DNA from: Dickeya dadantii NCPPB 898
GTDB taxonomy: Bacteria > Pseudomonadota > Gammaproteobacteria > Enterobacterales > Enterobacteriaceae
DNA length: 32,000 nucleotides
Assembly (NCBI RefSeq): GCF_000406145.1
Contig: NZ_CM001976.1
Span: 3,539,263 to 3,571,262, forward strand
Direction: 5' to 3'
Under the pieces are notes generated by a model. It was not told the origin of the DNA and searched no databases. It saw nothing but the letters and a program-made list of their open reading frames with translations. Positions 10,685 through 20,767 of the stretch are shown piece by piece (position 1 is the stretch's first letter; every line of letters starts with the position of its first letter). The position numbers and the translations under genes are program-made.

Positions 10685-12484
10685 TTATTTGCTTTCTTTT
10701 CCAACATGCAGAATGGCCAAAAACGCTTCCTGCGGCAGCTCGACGTTCCCCACCTGCTTCATGCGTTTCTTCCCTTCCTTCTGTTTCTGCAACAGTTTCT
10801 TCTTACGGCTGACGTCGCCGCCGTAACACTTCGCCAGAACGTTCTTACGCAGCTGTTTAACGGTAGAGCGAGCAATAATATGGTTGCCGATCGCCGCCTG
10901 AATCGCGATGTCGAACTGCTGACGCGGGATCAGGTCTTTCATTTTTTCCACCAGCTCGCGGCCGCGATACATCGAGTTATCACGGTGAGTGATCAACGCC
11001 AGCGCGTCCACACGTTCGCTGTTGATCAGCACGTCCACACGCACCATGTCCGATGCCTGGAAGCGCTTAAAGCCGTAATCCAGCGATGCATAGCCACGGG
11101 AAGTGGACTTGAGACGGTCGAAGAAGTCGAGCACCACTTCCGCCATCGGAATTTCATAAGTCAGCGCCACCTGATTGCCGTGATAGACCATGTTGGTCTG
11201 CACGCCGCGTTTTTCCACGCACAGGGTGATCACGTTGCCCAGATATTCCTGCGGCAGCAGCATGTGGCACTCGGCAATCGGCTCGCGCAGTTCTTCGATG
11301 TTATTGACCGGCGGCAGTTTGGACGGGCTGTCGACATAGATCACCTCGTTGCCGGTGGTTTTCACCTCGTACACCACCGTCGGCGCGGTCGTGATCAGAT
11401 CGAGATCGTATTCACGTTCCAGACGCTCCTGAATGATCTCCATGTGCAGCAGACCAAGGAAACCGCAGCGGAAACCGAAGCCCAGCGCCGTGGAACTTTC
11501 CGGTTCGTAAAACAGCGACGCATCGTTCAGGCTGAGTTTACCCAGCGCATCGCGGAAAGCTTCATAGTCGTCGGAGCTGATCGGGAACAGACCGGCGTAC
11601 ACCTGCGGTTTGACCTTTTTAAAGCCCGGCAACGGCTTTTCAGCCGGTTTACGCGCCAGCGTCAGGGTATCGCCCACCGGCGCGCCCAGAATGTCTTTAA
11701 TGGCGCACACCAGCCAGCCCACTTCGCCGCACTGCAGCGCGTCGCGATCCACCTGCTTGGGCGTGAAAATCCCGAGACGTTCGGCGTTGTACACCTGGCC
11801 GGTGCTCATCACCTTAACTTTATCGCCTTTGCGCAGCGTACCGTTCTTGATACGGATCAGCGACACAACGCCCAGATAGTTGTCGAACCATGAGTCGATG
11901 ATTAGCGCCTGCAACGGTGCGTCAGGATCGCCTTCCGGCGACGGAATCTCACGCACCAGACGCTCCAGCACGTCCGGTACGCCTACGCCGGTCTTGGCGG
12001 AACAGCGCACCGCGTCGGTAGCATCAATCCCTACGATATCTTCGATTTCCTGGCTGACGCGATCCGGATCCGCGGCCGGCAGGTCAATCTTGTTCAGTAC
12101 CGGCACCACTTCCAGATCCATTTCGAGCGCGGTGTAGCAGTTAGCCAGCGTTTGCGCTTCAACCCCCTGCCCGGCATCCACCACCAGCAGCGCCCCTTCG
12201 CAGGCGGCCAGCGAGCGGGAAACCTCATAGGAAAAGTCAACGTGACCCGGGGTATCGATAAAATTCAGTTGATAGGTTTCGCCGTCAGAGGCTTTGTAAT
12301 CCAGCGTCACACTCTGAGCCTTGATGGTAATACCGCGCTCGCGCTCCAGATCCATGGAGTCCAGCACTTGCGCCTCCATTTCACGTTCGGACAAGCCACC
12401 ACAAATTTGAATGATGCGGTCAGAGAGCGTCGACTTACCGTGGTCGATGTGAGCAATAATGGAGAAATTTCGTATATGCTTCAT
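10685..12484 (-). CDS. lepA: Elongation factor 4 (LepA)
   Basis: 599 aa. [32 protein letters not shown]. Confidence 0.98.
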   Translation of the reverse strand: MKHIRNFSIIAHIDHGKSTLSDRIIQICGGLSEREMEAQVLDSMDLERERGITIKAQSVTLDYKASDGETYQLNFIDTPGHVDFSYEVSRSLAACEGALLVVDAGQGVEAQTLANCYTALEMDLEVVPVLNKIDLPAADPDRVSQEIEDIVGIDATDAVRCSAKTGVGVPDVLERLVREIPSPEGDPDAPLQALIIDSWFDNYLGVVSLIRIKNGTLRKGDKVKVMSTGQVYNAERLGIFTPKQVDRDALQCGEVGWLVCAIKDILGAPVGDTLTLARKPAEKPLPGFKKVKPQVYAGLFPISSDDYEAFRDALGKLSLNDASLFYEPESSTALGFGFRCGFLGLLHMEIIQERLEREYDLDLITTAPTVVYEVKTTGNEVIYVDSPSKLPPVNNIEELREPIAECHMLLPQEYLGNVITLCVEKRGVQTNMVYHGNQVALTYEIPMAEVVLDFFDRLKSTSRGYASLDYGFKRFQASDMVRVDVLINSERVDALALITHRDNSMYRGRELVEKMKDLIPRQQFDIAIQAAIGNHIIARSTVKQLRKNVLAKCYGGDVSRKKKLLQKQKEGKKRMKQVGNVELPQEAFLAILHVGKESK

Positions 12485-12745
12485 TATAAAAGTTTTTCTA
12501 CCTTGGTATTTCTGAAATTCTTGCCGAACGGCACGCGCAAAGTGATGACAGCCATAGCCACTGTCATATACCTGAATCGCAGCATTCTACATGCCAGACG
12601 ATGGAAAACCTAGTCATGGCGCATCGAATCAATTTCTTGATTATGGCAAGGTTGCGAATGAGAAGATGAAAGCAGAGGTAAAAAGTCATTAAAAGCGAAA
12701 AATCGGGAGACGGACAGGCCGACCAGCCTGCAAACCGCCTGCGTT

Positions 12746-13216
12746 TCAGCGCCCTGGCGTCACATCGGTACGCAGCAGACTTTCGGGCAAAGAAACCTGC
12801 AGAATCACCGGCTGATAGCGCTGATTATTGCCGATTTTCGCCGATAAATGCTTTACAGCAACGAAACTCACCGCCACACCGGCAAATGCCCCCGCCACGG
12901 TCGCCGGTTCGCTGCCCAGCCAGTATTGCATCAGGGCGGCGCCCAGCATCAGCCCCAGCAACGGTAACAGGTAGACCAGCATCGCCGAACGCAACAGGCT
13001 TGACTCCGCCAGGCCGATCTCCACCCGCTGGCCGGGAAGCAACGGCTGCGAATACGGTACGGTCAATTGATGCGTCGCCGCCGCACCAATCTGGTTCAGC
13101 ACGCCGGTGCCGCAGGACGAGCGAGACTGACAGCTCTGGCAGCCGGAACGCTGTTCACAATGCAACACAGCGGTGCCGGCCTGCCATGAAACCACCGTTG
13201 CCCATTCTTTAATCAT
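12746..13216 (-). CDS. rseC: SoxR-reducing system / sigma-E regulatory protein RseC
   Basis: 156 aa. Cys cluster CEQRSGCQSCQSRSSCG plus two TM segments. ATGA overlap with rseB. Confidence 0.9.
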   Translation of the reverse strand: MIKEWATVVSWQAGTAVLHCEQRSGCQSCQSRSSCGTGVLNQIGAAATHQLTVPYSQPLLPGQRVEIGLAESSLLRSAMLVYLLPLLGLMLGAALMQYWLGSEPATVAGAFAGVAVSFVAVKHLSAKIGNNQRYQPVILQVSLPESLLRTDVTPGR

Positions 13217-14163
13217 GGTTGCGCCTTGAAGATCACGTTATCCGCGACGCGTTTGGCTGTCGCCAGCGGCAGTTCGCCAATCACCGTGATTTCCCGGTTA
13301 TCCCGCACTTCGGTATGGATGGTTCTACGGCCCAGCGACGCATTCTGGTCGGGATGACTCTCCCCGGCCGGGCTGATATTGACGGAAAAACTGAACAACC
13401 CATCGCTGTAAAGACGCGACTCCGCCAGACCGGTAACCCCCGGTAACGGCCGCTGACTGCGTGACACTTCCTCTACGCCAACCGGCAGCCACTCCGTCAC
13501 CCAGTTGAAATTAGCGGTCGACGTGGTGGGAATGCTAAGCAGCGGCGGCTGACTGGCCTTATCCATCGGTTTCATGGCAAGCTGCACAGTCTTATCCACC
13601 GTGATGGAAATAGCCCGGTACTGGTCAAGCAGTTCGCCATTCTGATCAAGCAGATCAACCCGCAACGGCAAACGCGACTCCGCATCAAGACAGACGATAT
13701 AACTGAAACGGGTGCCGTCCCGGGAGACGATTCTCACCACATCGCCCTGGCGATCCGCCAGACGAATACGGCCGGTAGGGATAAAATCGTAATAAGCGGA
13801 CAGCCGTTCCACATTGGCGAAAATCAAGGCCGGCAACGAGTCGACAATATGGTCGCCCGATAGGGTAAACGGTTCGGCATCCGCTTCGAAATAGCTGATG
13901 TCGCTGCCGCGCTGAATCACTTCACGCTTCGGCCCGTCCAGATGGATCAATTCGGCCAGCGTCTCGCCATTTTGCACCGTATGACGGTAGCGTAATGACT
14001 CAATGCCCTGCCGGGAAACGCTGATGTAGTAAATCTCGTAGTTCAGTGATCGGCTGGCGCTGCTCATCTGCTGCAACAACGCCCCGGAATCGCTTGCCGG
14101 GGCGAGGGAGGAATAAGACAGGCTGCCCAACAATATGCATGCGGCAAACCAAGAGCGCTTCAT
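13213..14163 (-). CDS. rseB: Sigma-E regulatory protein RseB
   Basis: 316 aa with signal peptide. Positioned between rseA and rseC. TAATG overlap with rseA. Confidence 0.93.
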   Translation of the reverse strand: MKRSWFAACILLGSLSYSSLAPASDSGALLQQMSSASRSLNYEIYYISVSRQGIESLRYRHTVQNGETLAELIHLDGPKREVIQRGSDISYFEADAEPFTLSGDHIVDSLPALIFANVERLSAYYDFIPTGRIRLADRQGDVVRIVSRDGTRFSYIVCLDAESRLPLRVDLLDQNGELLDQYRAISITVDKTVQLAMKPMDKASQPPLLSIPTTSTANFNWVTEWLPVGVEEVSRSQRPLPGVTGLAESRLYSDGLFSFSVNISPAGESHPDQNASLGRRTIHTEVRDNREITVIGELPLATAKRVADNVIFKAQP

Positions 14164-14828
14164 TACTGCGGTTGAATTCCTAATGACTGAGTACCAGGTA
14201 CCTGTACGGCGGCTTGCTGTCGACTCCCCTGCTGTTGCAGTTGGAGCTGGTCGGAATGCACGCGGCGTTGCAGTTCATAATCCTGCAGCAGCGCATTGAT
14301 GCGCTCATGCTGCGCCTGCATCTGACGCTGCCCGGTATGCGCCACGCTGTTCTCGGCCGGCACGCTCAGGCTGACCGGAGAAGCTGAGCCGCCCATCACA
14401 GGCAGCGTGCTGAGCGCCGGCGCCGTTTCCGCCACGCTGTCACTCATCGCATTGTTTTGCTGGTAATGCTGCACACCGACAATCACCGCCAGTGAAACAC
14501 AAGCCGCCACGCCAATCTGCGTCAGATGGCTGGCCAGAGGACGAACCTTGTGCCAGAACGGCAACGCCTGCCAGGTGCGGGGATGAGGCTGGGATTCCGG
14601 CACCGCCTTCGGGTTGAACTGCACCGGTTCCTGTTCGAGGGCGGCGGCCACCCGAGCGGCAATATCAATATTCATCAGCGTTTCGCTGACATCGCCCCGC
14701 AGAGTGTCACGCACCAGGTGATAGCGCTGCCAGCTTTGCTGCAACTTGTCGTCTTTCGACAAGGCGCCCAGCAGCGCACTGTCCACTGCCTCACCATCCA
14801 TTAAAGCGGAAAGTTTTTCTTTCTGCAT
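14163..14828 (-). CDS. rseA: Anti-sigma-E factor RseA
   Basis: 221 aa. MQKEKLSALMDGE N-terminus, central TM, Q-rich C-terminus. Downstream of rpoE. Confidence 0.95.
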   Translation of the reverse strand: MQKEKLSALMDGEAVDSALLGALSKDDKLQQSWQRYHLVRDTLRGDVSETLMNIDIAARVAAALEQEPVQFNPKAVPESQPHPRTWQALPFWHKVRPLASHLTQIGVAACVSLAVIVGVQHYQQNNAMSDSVAETAPALSTLPVMGGSASPVSLSVPAENSVAHTGQRQMQAQHERINALLQDYELQRRVHSDQLQLQQQGSRQQAAVQVPGTQSLGIQPQ

Positions 14829-14877
14829 AACTTCACCTTACCTTGTCAAACCCGTCATGAGTAACGTTAAGAACAAG

Positions 14878-15453
14878 CTAACGCTGAATAAGCGGTTGCA
14901 CTTTATTATCAATCGCTTCCCGTGCGCGGAATATACGCGAGCGGACAGTGCCGACCGGGCAATCCATGATGGCGGCAATTTCCTCATAGCTCAGCCCATC
15001 CAGTTCACGCAGCGTAATTGCCAGACGCAAGTCCTCAGGCAATGATTCGATAGTATGGAAAACGATCCGTCGTAATTCCTCAGACAACATTAAGTTCTCA
15101 GGGTTCGATATTTCTTTCAACGCGCTGGCATTTTCGTAATTTTCCGCGTCGTTGGCATCCACATCGCTAGACGGCGGACGCCGCCCCTGAGCCACCAGAT
15201 AATTCTTCGCCGTGTTGACGGCAATACGATATAGCCAGGTGTAAAAGGCACTCTCGCCACGAAACGATTCCAGCGCGCGATAGGCTTTGATAAACGACTC
15301 CTGCGCTACATCGGGCACGTCCCCGGCGGGAACGTAACGCGATACCAGGCTCGCCACTTTATGCTGATAACGGACGACCAGTAAGTTAAACGCTTTTCTG
15401 TCGCCTTTCTGGACCCGCTCAACCAGCACCTGATCCGCTAACTGCTCGCTCAT
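14878..15453 (-). CDS. rpoE: RNA polymerase sigma-E (sigma-24)
   Basis: 191 aa. MSEQLADQVLVERVQKGD..., an ECF sigma with regions 2 and 4. Confidence 0.98.
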   Translation of the reverse strand: MSEQLADQVLVERVQKGDRKAFNLLVVRYQHKVASLVSRYVPAGDVPDVAQESFIKAYRALESFRGESAFYTWLYRIAVNTAKNYLVAQGRRPPSSDVDANDAENYENASALKEISNPENLMLSEELRRIVFHTIESLPEDLRLAITLRELDGLSYEEIAAIMDCPVGTVRSRIFRAREAIDNKVQPLIQR

Positions 15454-15538
15454 CCGAGATCATGTCTCCCCAAAACCGTGTCGCCACGCCTAAGTCACGT
15501 ACTGCCAGCTATATATCCGAAATCGAGCAAGCACCGGG

Positions 15539-15566
15539 TTGGAGTCTTTTTACGTCATAAAGTTCC
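15539..15566 (-). promoter_or_regulatory. Sigma-E-dependent rpoE P2 promoter (GGAACTT-N16-TCCAA)
   Basis: Minus strand reads GGAACTTtatgacgtaaaaagacTCCAAccc. It matches the sigma-E consensus GGAACTT-N16-TCnAA and the E. coli rpoE P2 layout, about 85 nt upstream of the rpoE ATG. Confidence 0.8.
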
Positions 15567-15710
15567 GTTGCATGAAGCATTTTTGCATCCTGCCGCATAC
15601 CACCGTGCCGCTCTCCGGGGTTTTATTCTGATCGCTGCCCCGTACAACCGTAAAAATCATACGTCAAAAGCCTGCTGCTGGCACCCCGTTCTACTATTCC
15701 GCATCAACCT

Positions 15711-15728
15711 TGTTTAATTTACAAAACA
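15711..15728. promoter_or_regulatory. Candidate NadR operator upstream of nadB (TGTTTA-N6-AAAACA)
   Basis: tgtttaatttacaaaaca against the NadR box TGTTTA-N6-TAAACA (11/12). A weaker second box, ggttttataaatTAAACA, lies at 15773-15790 just before the nadB ATG. Confidence 0.55.
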
Positions 15729-15799
15729 AAAAAATGCATTTCAGATAAATATCATGCTAAATTCAAAAATACGGTTTTATAAATTAAACAAAAACTATT

Positions 15800-17401
15800 A
15801 TGTCGTCTATCAAAGACTACCATTGTGATGTGCTGATCATCGGCAGCGGCGCCGCCGGGTTATCACTGGCGCTGCGTCTGGCGCCTCATGCCCGTGTGAT
15901 GGTGCTCAGCAAAGGGCCGCTAAGCGAAAGCGCCACCTTTTACGCCCAAGGCGGGATAGCGGCTGTGTTCGATGAAACCGATAGCGTCGATGCCCACATC
16001 GAAGATACCCTGATTGCCGGCGACGGCCTGTGTGACCGGGAAGCGGTATCGTTTATTGCCCGTAACGCCCGTCATTGCGTGCAATGGTTGATCGATCAGG
16101 GCGTTCGGTTCGACACCGAAACCGCGCCGCACGGCGAAGCGCGCTATCATCTGACGCGTGAAGGCGGCCATAGCCATCGCCGTATCCTGCACGCGGCGGA
16201 CGCTACCGGCAAAGCGGTGGAAACCACATTGGTCAGCCAGGTAAGACAGCATCCCAATATCTTATTGCTGGAACGTTGCAATGCGGTGGATTTGATCACC
16301 TCCAGCAAACTTGGCCTGCCCGGCCACAAACGGGTGGTAGGAGCTTACCTGTGGAACAGGGAAAAAGAGCATGTCGAATCGTGCCGCGCCAAAGCCGTCG
16401 TGCTCGCCACCGGCGGCGCGTCCAAGGTCTACCAGTACACCACCAACCCCGACATCTCTTCCGGCGACGGCATCGCCATGGCCTGGCGCGCCGGCTGCCG
16501 GGTGGCGAACATGGAATTCAACCAGTTTCATCCCACCTGTCTGTACCACCCGCAGGCCCGCAATTTTTTGCTGACCGAAGCGCTACGCGGCGAAGGCGCC
16601 TGGCTGACGCGCCCGGACGGTAGCCGTTTTATGCCGGCCTTTGATAAACGCGCGGAACTGGCGCCGCGGGATATCGTCGCCCGGGCGATAGACCACGAAA
16701 TGAAACGACTGGGCGCGGACTGTATGTATCTGGACATCAGTCACAAACCGGCGGACTTCATCACGCAGCATTTTCCCACTATCCATGAAAAACTGCTGTC
16801 GCTGGGTCTTGATCTGACCCGCGAGCCGATTCCCGTCGTCCCCGCCGCCCACTACACCTGCGGCGGCGTGGTGGTTGACCAACAGGGACGCACCGACCTG
16901 GACGGTCTATACGCGATTGGCGAAGTCAGCTATACCGGCCTGCATGGCGCCAACCGCATGGCGTCCAACTCGCTGCTGGAGTGTCTGGTGTATGGCTGGT
17001 CCGCCGCCGGGGACATTCTGCAGCATTTGCCGGAGAAAGCGCTGGTGGAATCGTTACCGCGCTGGGACGAGAGTCAAGTGGAAAACTCGGACGAAAGAGT
17101 CGTAATTCAGCACAACTGGCACGAGTTACGGCTATTGATGTGGGATTACGTCGGCATTGTGCGCACGACGAAGAGACTGGAACGCGCGCAGCGGCGTATC
17201 TCGCTGCTACAGCAGGAAATCAGCGAGTATTATGCCCATTTCCGTCTTTCCAACAATCTGCTGGAGTTACGCAATCTGGTTCAGGTGGCGGAATTGATTG
17301 TACGCTGCGCGCTGGCGCGTAAAGAGAGCCGCGGGTTGCACTACACGCTCGATTATCCGCAACAGGCGGAAAAAGCGCATCCTACCATCCTGCATCCCTG
17401 A
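15800..17401 (+). CDS. nadB: L-aspartate oxidase
   Basis: 533 aa. FAD-binding [11 protein letters not shown] and conserved HYTCGG motif. Divergent from rpoE as in E. coli. Confidence 0.97.
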   Translation: MSSIKDYHCDVLIIGSGAAGLSLALRLAPHARVMVLSKGPLSESATFYAQGGIAAVFDETDSVDAHIEDTLIAGDGLCDREAVSFIARNARHCVQWLIDQGVRFDTETAPHGEARYHLTREGGHSHRRILHAADATGKAVETTLVSQVRQHPNILLLERCNAVDLITSSKLGLPGHKRVVGAYLWNREKEHVESCRAKAVVLATGGASKVYQYTTNPDISSGDGIAMAWRAGCRVANMEFNQFHPTCLYHPQARNFLLTEALRGEGAWLTRPDGSRFMPAFDKRAELAPRDIVARAIDHEMKRLGADCMYLDISHKPADFITQHFPTIHEKLLSLGLDLTREPIPVVPAAHYTCGGVVVDQQGRTDLDGLYAIGEVSYTGLHGANRMASNSLLECLVYGWSAAGDILQHLPEKALVESLPRWDESQVENSDERVVIQHNWHELRLLMWDYVGIVRTTKRLERAQRRISLLQQEISEYYAHFRLSNNLLELRNLVQVAELIVRCALARKESRGLHYTLDYPQQAEKAHPTILHP

Positions 17402-17409
17402 CCACGAAT

Positions 17410-17427
17410 GCCGGGCGCACGCCCGGC
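17410..17427. terminator. GC hairpin between convergent nadB and trmN6 (no U-tract)
   Basis: gccgggc-gcac-gcccggc, a 7-bp GC stem with a tetraloop. No T run on either side, so terminator function is uncertain. Confidence 0.35.
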
Positions 17428-17447
17428 AAGCGACATCAACACACCCT

Positions 17448-18191
17448 TCACATCGACAAATAGAAATCCCGCGCCAGCGCCTGAAACGACGCCGAATACT
17501 GACGGTTATCGTCACGGATGATTAACGACGTCCGGTCAAGCATCGCGGGCTGTCGCCCCAACGACAACAGCACCCGGTTTACCGGCCGGGCCGAATTATC
17601 CGCGACGTCAACCCTGGCATCGGCATGCCACGCCAGCTGCTGCGCCAGCTTCAGAAAGACATCCGCCGCCTGTACCGGCAACACTACGCAAAACCGCCCG
17701 TCCGGCGTCAGCAACCGGCTGGCGCAATCCAACAACGTCTCATGAGTCAGCGTGGCGGTATACCGCGCCTGTGCGCGTTGAGCTGAGGCACAGTCGACAC
17801 CGGGGGTAAAATAAGGCGGATTACTGACAATCAGGGAATAACGCGAGGCGACGGCGCGGGCATAGGCCAGAATATCAATCTGATGAATCCGGATACTGTC
17901 GGCCCAGGGCGACGCCGCCGCATTGCCTGCCGCCTGCTCGCTGGCGGCGACATCCAGCTCGACACCATCCACCGGAATTCGCCCGCCGCTGCGTTGCGCC
18001 AGCATCAGAGCAATCAGGCCGGAGCCGCAGCCGATATCCAGAATCCGCGATTCCTCCCGCAACGGCGCCCACGCGCCCAACAGCACGCCATCGGTGCCGA
18101 CTTTCATCGCACAGCGGTCGTGCGCCACAAAAAATTGTTTGAAGGTAAAACCACCCGCGCGCAATGCCGGTGTATGCTGCAAAGAAGTCAT
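17448..18191 (-). CDS. trmN6: tRNA1(Val) (adenine37-N6)-methyltransferase (YfiC/TrmN6)
   Basis: [32 protein letters not shown] motif LDIGCGSGL, and NPPY. The ORF-track start at 18212 is TTG. The ATG at 18191 gives an N-terminus of E. coli-like length. Confidence 0.9.
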   Translation of the reverse strand: MTSLQHTPALRAGGFTFKQFFVAHDRCAMKVGTDGVLLGAWAPLREESRILDIGCGSGLIALMLAQRSGGRIPVDGVELDVAASEQAAGNAAASPWADSIRIHQIDILAYARAVASRYSLIVSNPPYFTPGVDCASAQRAQARYTATLTHETLLDCASRLLTPDGRFCVVLPVQAADVFLKLAQQLAWHADARVDVADNSARPVNRVLLSLGRQPAMLDRTSLIIRDDNRQYSASFQALARDFYLSM

Positions 18192-18325
18192 TGTTGTGCC
18201 ATTTATTGCCAAACCAGGGTTAGCATAGGAGAAACGCCAGTCTGGGAAAAGTGGTCAATACCGCTTAAACAGATGAACAACCCCGCCAATGCGTCTATAA
18301 TCAGCGCCCCGAACAGAGGTAGACC

Positions 18326-19678
18326 ATGACTGCGACCAATTTTTCCGAGTTTGATCTTGACGATAGCCTGCTTGACGCCCTGCGCGACATGGGCTTCAGC
18401 CGCCCGACCGCCATTCAGGCCGAGGCTATTCCCCCAGCGATGGAAGGACGGGACGTTCTGGGCTCTGCACCGACCGGAACCGGTAAAACCGCGGCTTATC
18501 TGCTGCCGGTTTTGCAGCACCTGCTGGACTTTCCGCGTAAGAAATCCGGCCCACCGCGTATCCTGATTCTGACCCCGACCCGGGAACTGGCGATGCAGGT
18601 AGCGGATCAGGCTCGGGCGATGGCCGCCCACACCCATCTGGACATTGCCACCATCACCGGCGGCGTGGCTTACATGAATCACGCCGAAGTGTTCAGCGAA
18701 AATCAGGATGTGGTCGTCGCCACCACCGGTCGTCTGTTGCAGTACATCAAAGAAGAAAATTTTGATTGCCGCGCGGTGGAAACCCTGATTCTGGATGAAG
18801 CCGACCGCATGCTGGACATGGGCTTCGCTCAGGACATCGAGCATATCGCCGGAGAAACCCGCTGGCGTAAGCAGACCATGCTGTTCTCCGCCACCCTGGA
18901 AGGCGACGCCATTCAGGATTTCGCCGAACGTCTGCTGAACGACCCTATCGAAGTGGAAGCAGAACCGTCACGGCGCGAACGCAAAAAAATCCTGCAGTGG
19001 TACTACCGTGCCGACGATGTTCAGCACAAGACCGCCCTACTGAGTCACCTGCTCAAACAGCCGGACGTAACCCGTTCGATCGTGTTCGTACGTAAGCGCG
19101 AGCGGGTGCATGAGCTGGTGGACTGGCTGCGGTCGGCAGGCATTGAGTCCTGCTATCTGGAAGGGGAAATGGTGCAGGCCAAACGCAACGAAGCCATCAA
19201 GCGGTTGAGCGAAGGCCGGGTAAAGGTGTTGGTCGCTACCGACGTCGCTGCGCGCGGGCTGGATATTCTGGACGTCAGCCACGTGTTCAACTTTGATTTG
19301 CCTCGCACTTCAGACGTTTACCTGCACCGTATCGGACGTACCGGCCGCGCCGGCCGTAAAGGTTGCGCCATCTCGCTGGTGGAAGCGCATGACTACCTGC
19401 TGCTGGAGAAGATCGGCCGTTATCTGAATGAACCGCTAAAAGCGCGCGTAGTCGATGAACTGCGCCCAGCCACCCGGGCGCCTAGCCCCAAGACCACCGG
19501 CAAGCCGTCTAAAAAAGTGCTGGCCAAGCGCAAAGAGCTGAAGCAGAAAGAGAAAGAAAAACAGAAAGCGAAGGTCAAAGTACGCCATCGCGACAGCAAA
19601 AATATCGGTAAACGCCGCCAGCCCAGCGCCAAAGCGCCGGCGGAGACGCAGAAAGAAAAACCGGCGGATAACAGCTGA
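18326..19678 (+). CDS. srmB: ATP-dependent DEAD-box RNA helicase SrmB
   Basis: 450 aa. Q motif, APTGTGKT, DEAD, SAT, HRIGRTGRAGRKG, lysine-rich tail. Confidence 0.97.
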   Translation: MTATNFSEFDLDDSLLDALRDMGFSRPTAIQAEAIPPAMEGRDVLGSAPTGTGKTAAYLLPVLQHLLDFPRKKSGPPRILILTPTRELAMQVADQARAMAAHTHLDIATITGGVAYMNHAEVFSENQDVVVATTGRLLQYIKEENFDCRAVETLILDEADRMLDMGFAQDIEHIAGETRWRKQTMLFSATLEGDAIQDFAERLLNDPIEVEAEPSRRERKKILQWYYRADDVQHKTALLSHLLKQPDVTRSIVFVRKRERVHELVDWLRSAGIESCYLEGEMVQAKRNEAIKRLSEGRVKVLVATDVAARGLDILDVSHVFNFDLPRTSDVYLHRIGRTGRAGRKGCAISLVEAHDYLLLEKIGRYLNEPLKARVVDELRPATRAPSPKTTGKPSKKVLAKRKELKQKEKEKQKAKVKVRHRDSKNIGKRRQPSAKAPAETQKEKPADNS

Positions 19679-19698
19679 ATCTGATCTACTGATACGAA

Positions 19699-19722
19699 GA
19701 AGGGAGCCAATCGGCTCCCTTC
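19699..19722 (+). terminator. Stem-loop 20 nt after srmB stop (10-bp stem, no U-tract)
   Basis: gaagggagcc-aatc-ggctcccttc. Followed by acattcg, so it is either a weak or non-canonical terminator or an mRNA-stabilising hairpin. Confidence 0.4.
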
Positions 19723-19866
19723 ACATTCGCGGTAACGCTCGCCTTCTGACGTATCACATCGCTCCCGCTGGTAAGAAGCACACGCCCTTTCATTCAAAGC
19801 ATATTCCCCTTCTTCAGGATCAATCCGCACTGCGCCCTCATCCTGCAATACCGGAACTCACGCCCC

Positions 19867-19905
19867 ATAAAAAAATAATGCCGGACACCTTAGGTGACCG
19901 GCATT
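19867..19905 (-). terminator. Rho-independent terminator of grcA
   Basis: Minus strand reads aatgccgg-t-cacc-taa-ggtg-t-ccggcatt followed by attttttta. Confidence 0.8.
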
Positions 19906-19940
19906 GACCAGACGGTAGTCTTTTTTTTACCGACGCGCGC

Positions 19941-20324
19941 TTACAGGCTTTCGGTAAATGTACGGGTGATCACGTCGCGCTGCTGTTCCGGCGTCAGCGA
20001 GTTGAAACGCACGGCATAGCCGGACACACGGATGGTCAGCTGCGGGTATTTTTCCGGATGTTTAACCGCGTCTTCCAGCGTTTCACGGCGCAGCACGTTT
20101 ACGTTCAGATGCTGACCGCCTTCGATACGTACTTCCGGTTTGATTTCCAGCGGCACTTCACGATATTCGAACTGACCCAAATCGCTGACGGCAACGATCT
20201 GATCTTCGCTGAAATCGGATTTGGCACATACGCAACGCGCCTGAGATTTCTCTTCATCCAGCAGCCAGAAAGAGTTAACCAGGGCATTGTTATTTGCTTT
20301 GGTGATTTGAATACCTGTAACCAT
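19941..20324 (-). CDS. grcA: Autonomous glycyl radical cofactor GrcA (YfiD)
   Basis: True start is the ATG at 20324 ([12 protein letters not shown]..., 127 aa) with SD GGAGG. C-terminus [29 protein letters not shown] is identical in pattern to E. coli GrcA. Confidence 0.97.
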   Translation of the reverse strand: MVTGIQITKANNNALVNSFWLLDEEKSQARCVCAKSDFSEDQIVAVSDLGQFEYREVPLEIKPEVRIEGGQHLNVNVLRRETLEDAVKHPEKYPQLTIRVSGYAVRFNSLTPEQQRDVITRTFTESL

Positions 20325-20461
20325 TATTGCCTCCGTTAAGCGGCGTCTTATTGAACCGAATACAAAATCCACGGCCGGTAACAAATCGCCAACGACATTA
20401 ACGCCAGCGCAAAACCAACCGAATCTGGTTACCTGTATACCAGTCCTTTCTCAGCCACTCT

Positions 20462-20475
20462 TTGATATAAGTCAA
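20462..20475. promoter_or_regulatory. FNR box I at grcA promoter (TTGAT-ataa-GTCAA)
   Basis: 9/10 match to TTGAT-N4-ATCAA. A TATACA -10 candidate at 20434-20439 (minus strand) puts the box centre near -40.5. Confidence 0.7.
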
Positions 20476-20514
20476 TTTTAACCGGGCGTAACTTGGTACG
20501 AAATCCATAATCAT

Positions 20515-20528
20515 TTGTTTTATATCAA
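20515..20528. promoter_or_regulatory. FNR box II at grcA promoter (TTGTT-ttat-ATCAA)
   Basis: 9/10 match to the FNR consensus. Its centre is exactly 53 bp upstream of box I, the same spacing as the -40.5/-93.5 sites described for E. coli yfiD. Confidence 0.65.
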
Positions 20529-20714
20529 TTTACACCAAAAACACCAATGCAATTATTTTTGTAAATTTTAAAAAAAATCAGCAAAAGGCGATTCACCACC
20601 AGCCGAACGCGGTTAATGGTTTTCCCTGTCCGGCTTTGACGGTAAGCTTACCCATCAGGACCGACTAATCAGGCTGCGCTTTCGCCAGATGATGTTCCGG
20701 CAGCCCGTTAGCGC

Positions 20715-20748
20715 ATTGAACTCACTACAGTATTGAACTCACTACTGT
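20715..20748. repeat. Tandem 17-bp duplication directly upstream of ung
   Basis: attgaactcactacagt / attgaactcactactgt (16/17 identical), ending 19 nt before the ung ATG. Confidence 0.85.
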
Positions 20749-20767
20749 ATTAAACAAAGAGCCTCTC

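Noticed and set aside
10427-11893. 488-aa ORF on the plus strand opposite lepA. Similar long antisense ORFs occur at 22101-23459 opposite gltX, 30419-31591 opposite degP, 18203-18844 opposite srmB, 27923-28717 opposite sbp and 8305-8772 opposite era.
   Set aside because: These are shadow ORFs antisense to strongly conserved genes. They have Arg/His/Gln-rich low-complexity translations and no SD or promoter context, as is typical of GC-rich third-position bias.
15478-15717. 79-aa GTG-initiated ORF in the rpoE-nadB intergenic region. I also looked for an rseD-like leader ORF coupled to rpoE.
   Set aside because: The ORF overlaps the sigma-E promoter on the opposite strand, has no SD and has unremarkable composition. 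The frame ending at the rpoE start (…GGA TGA) contains no ATG and is only about 14 codons long.
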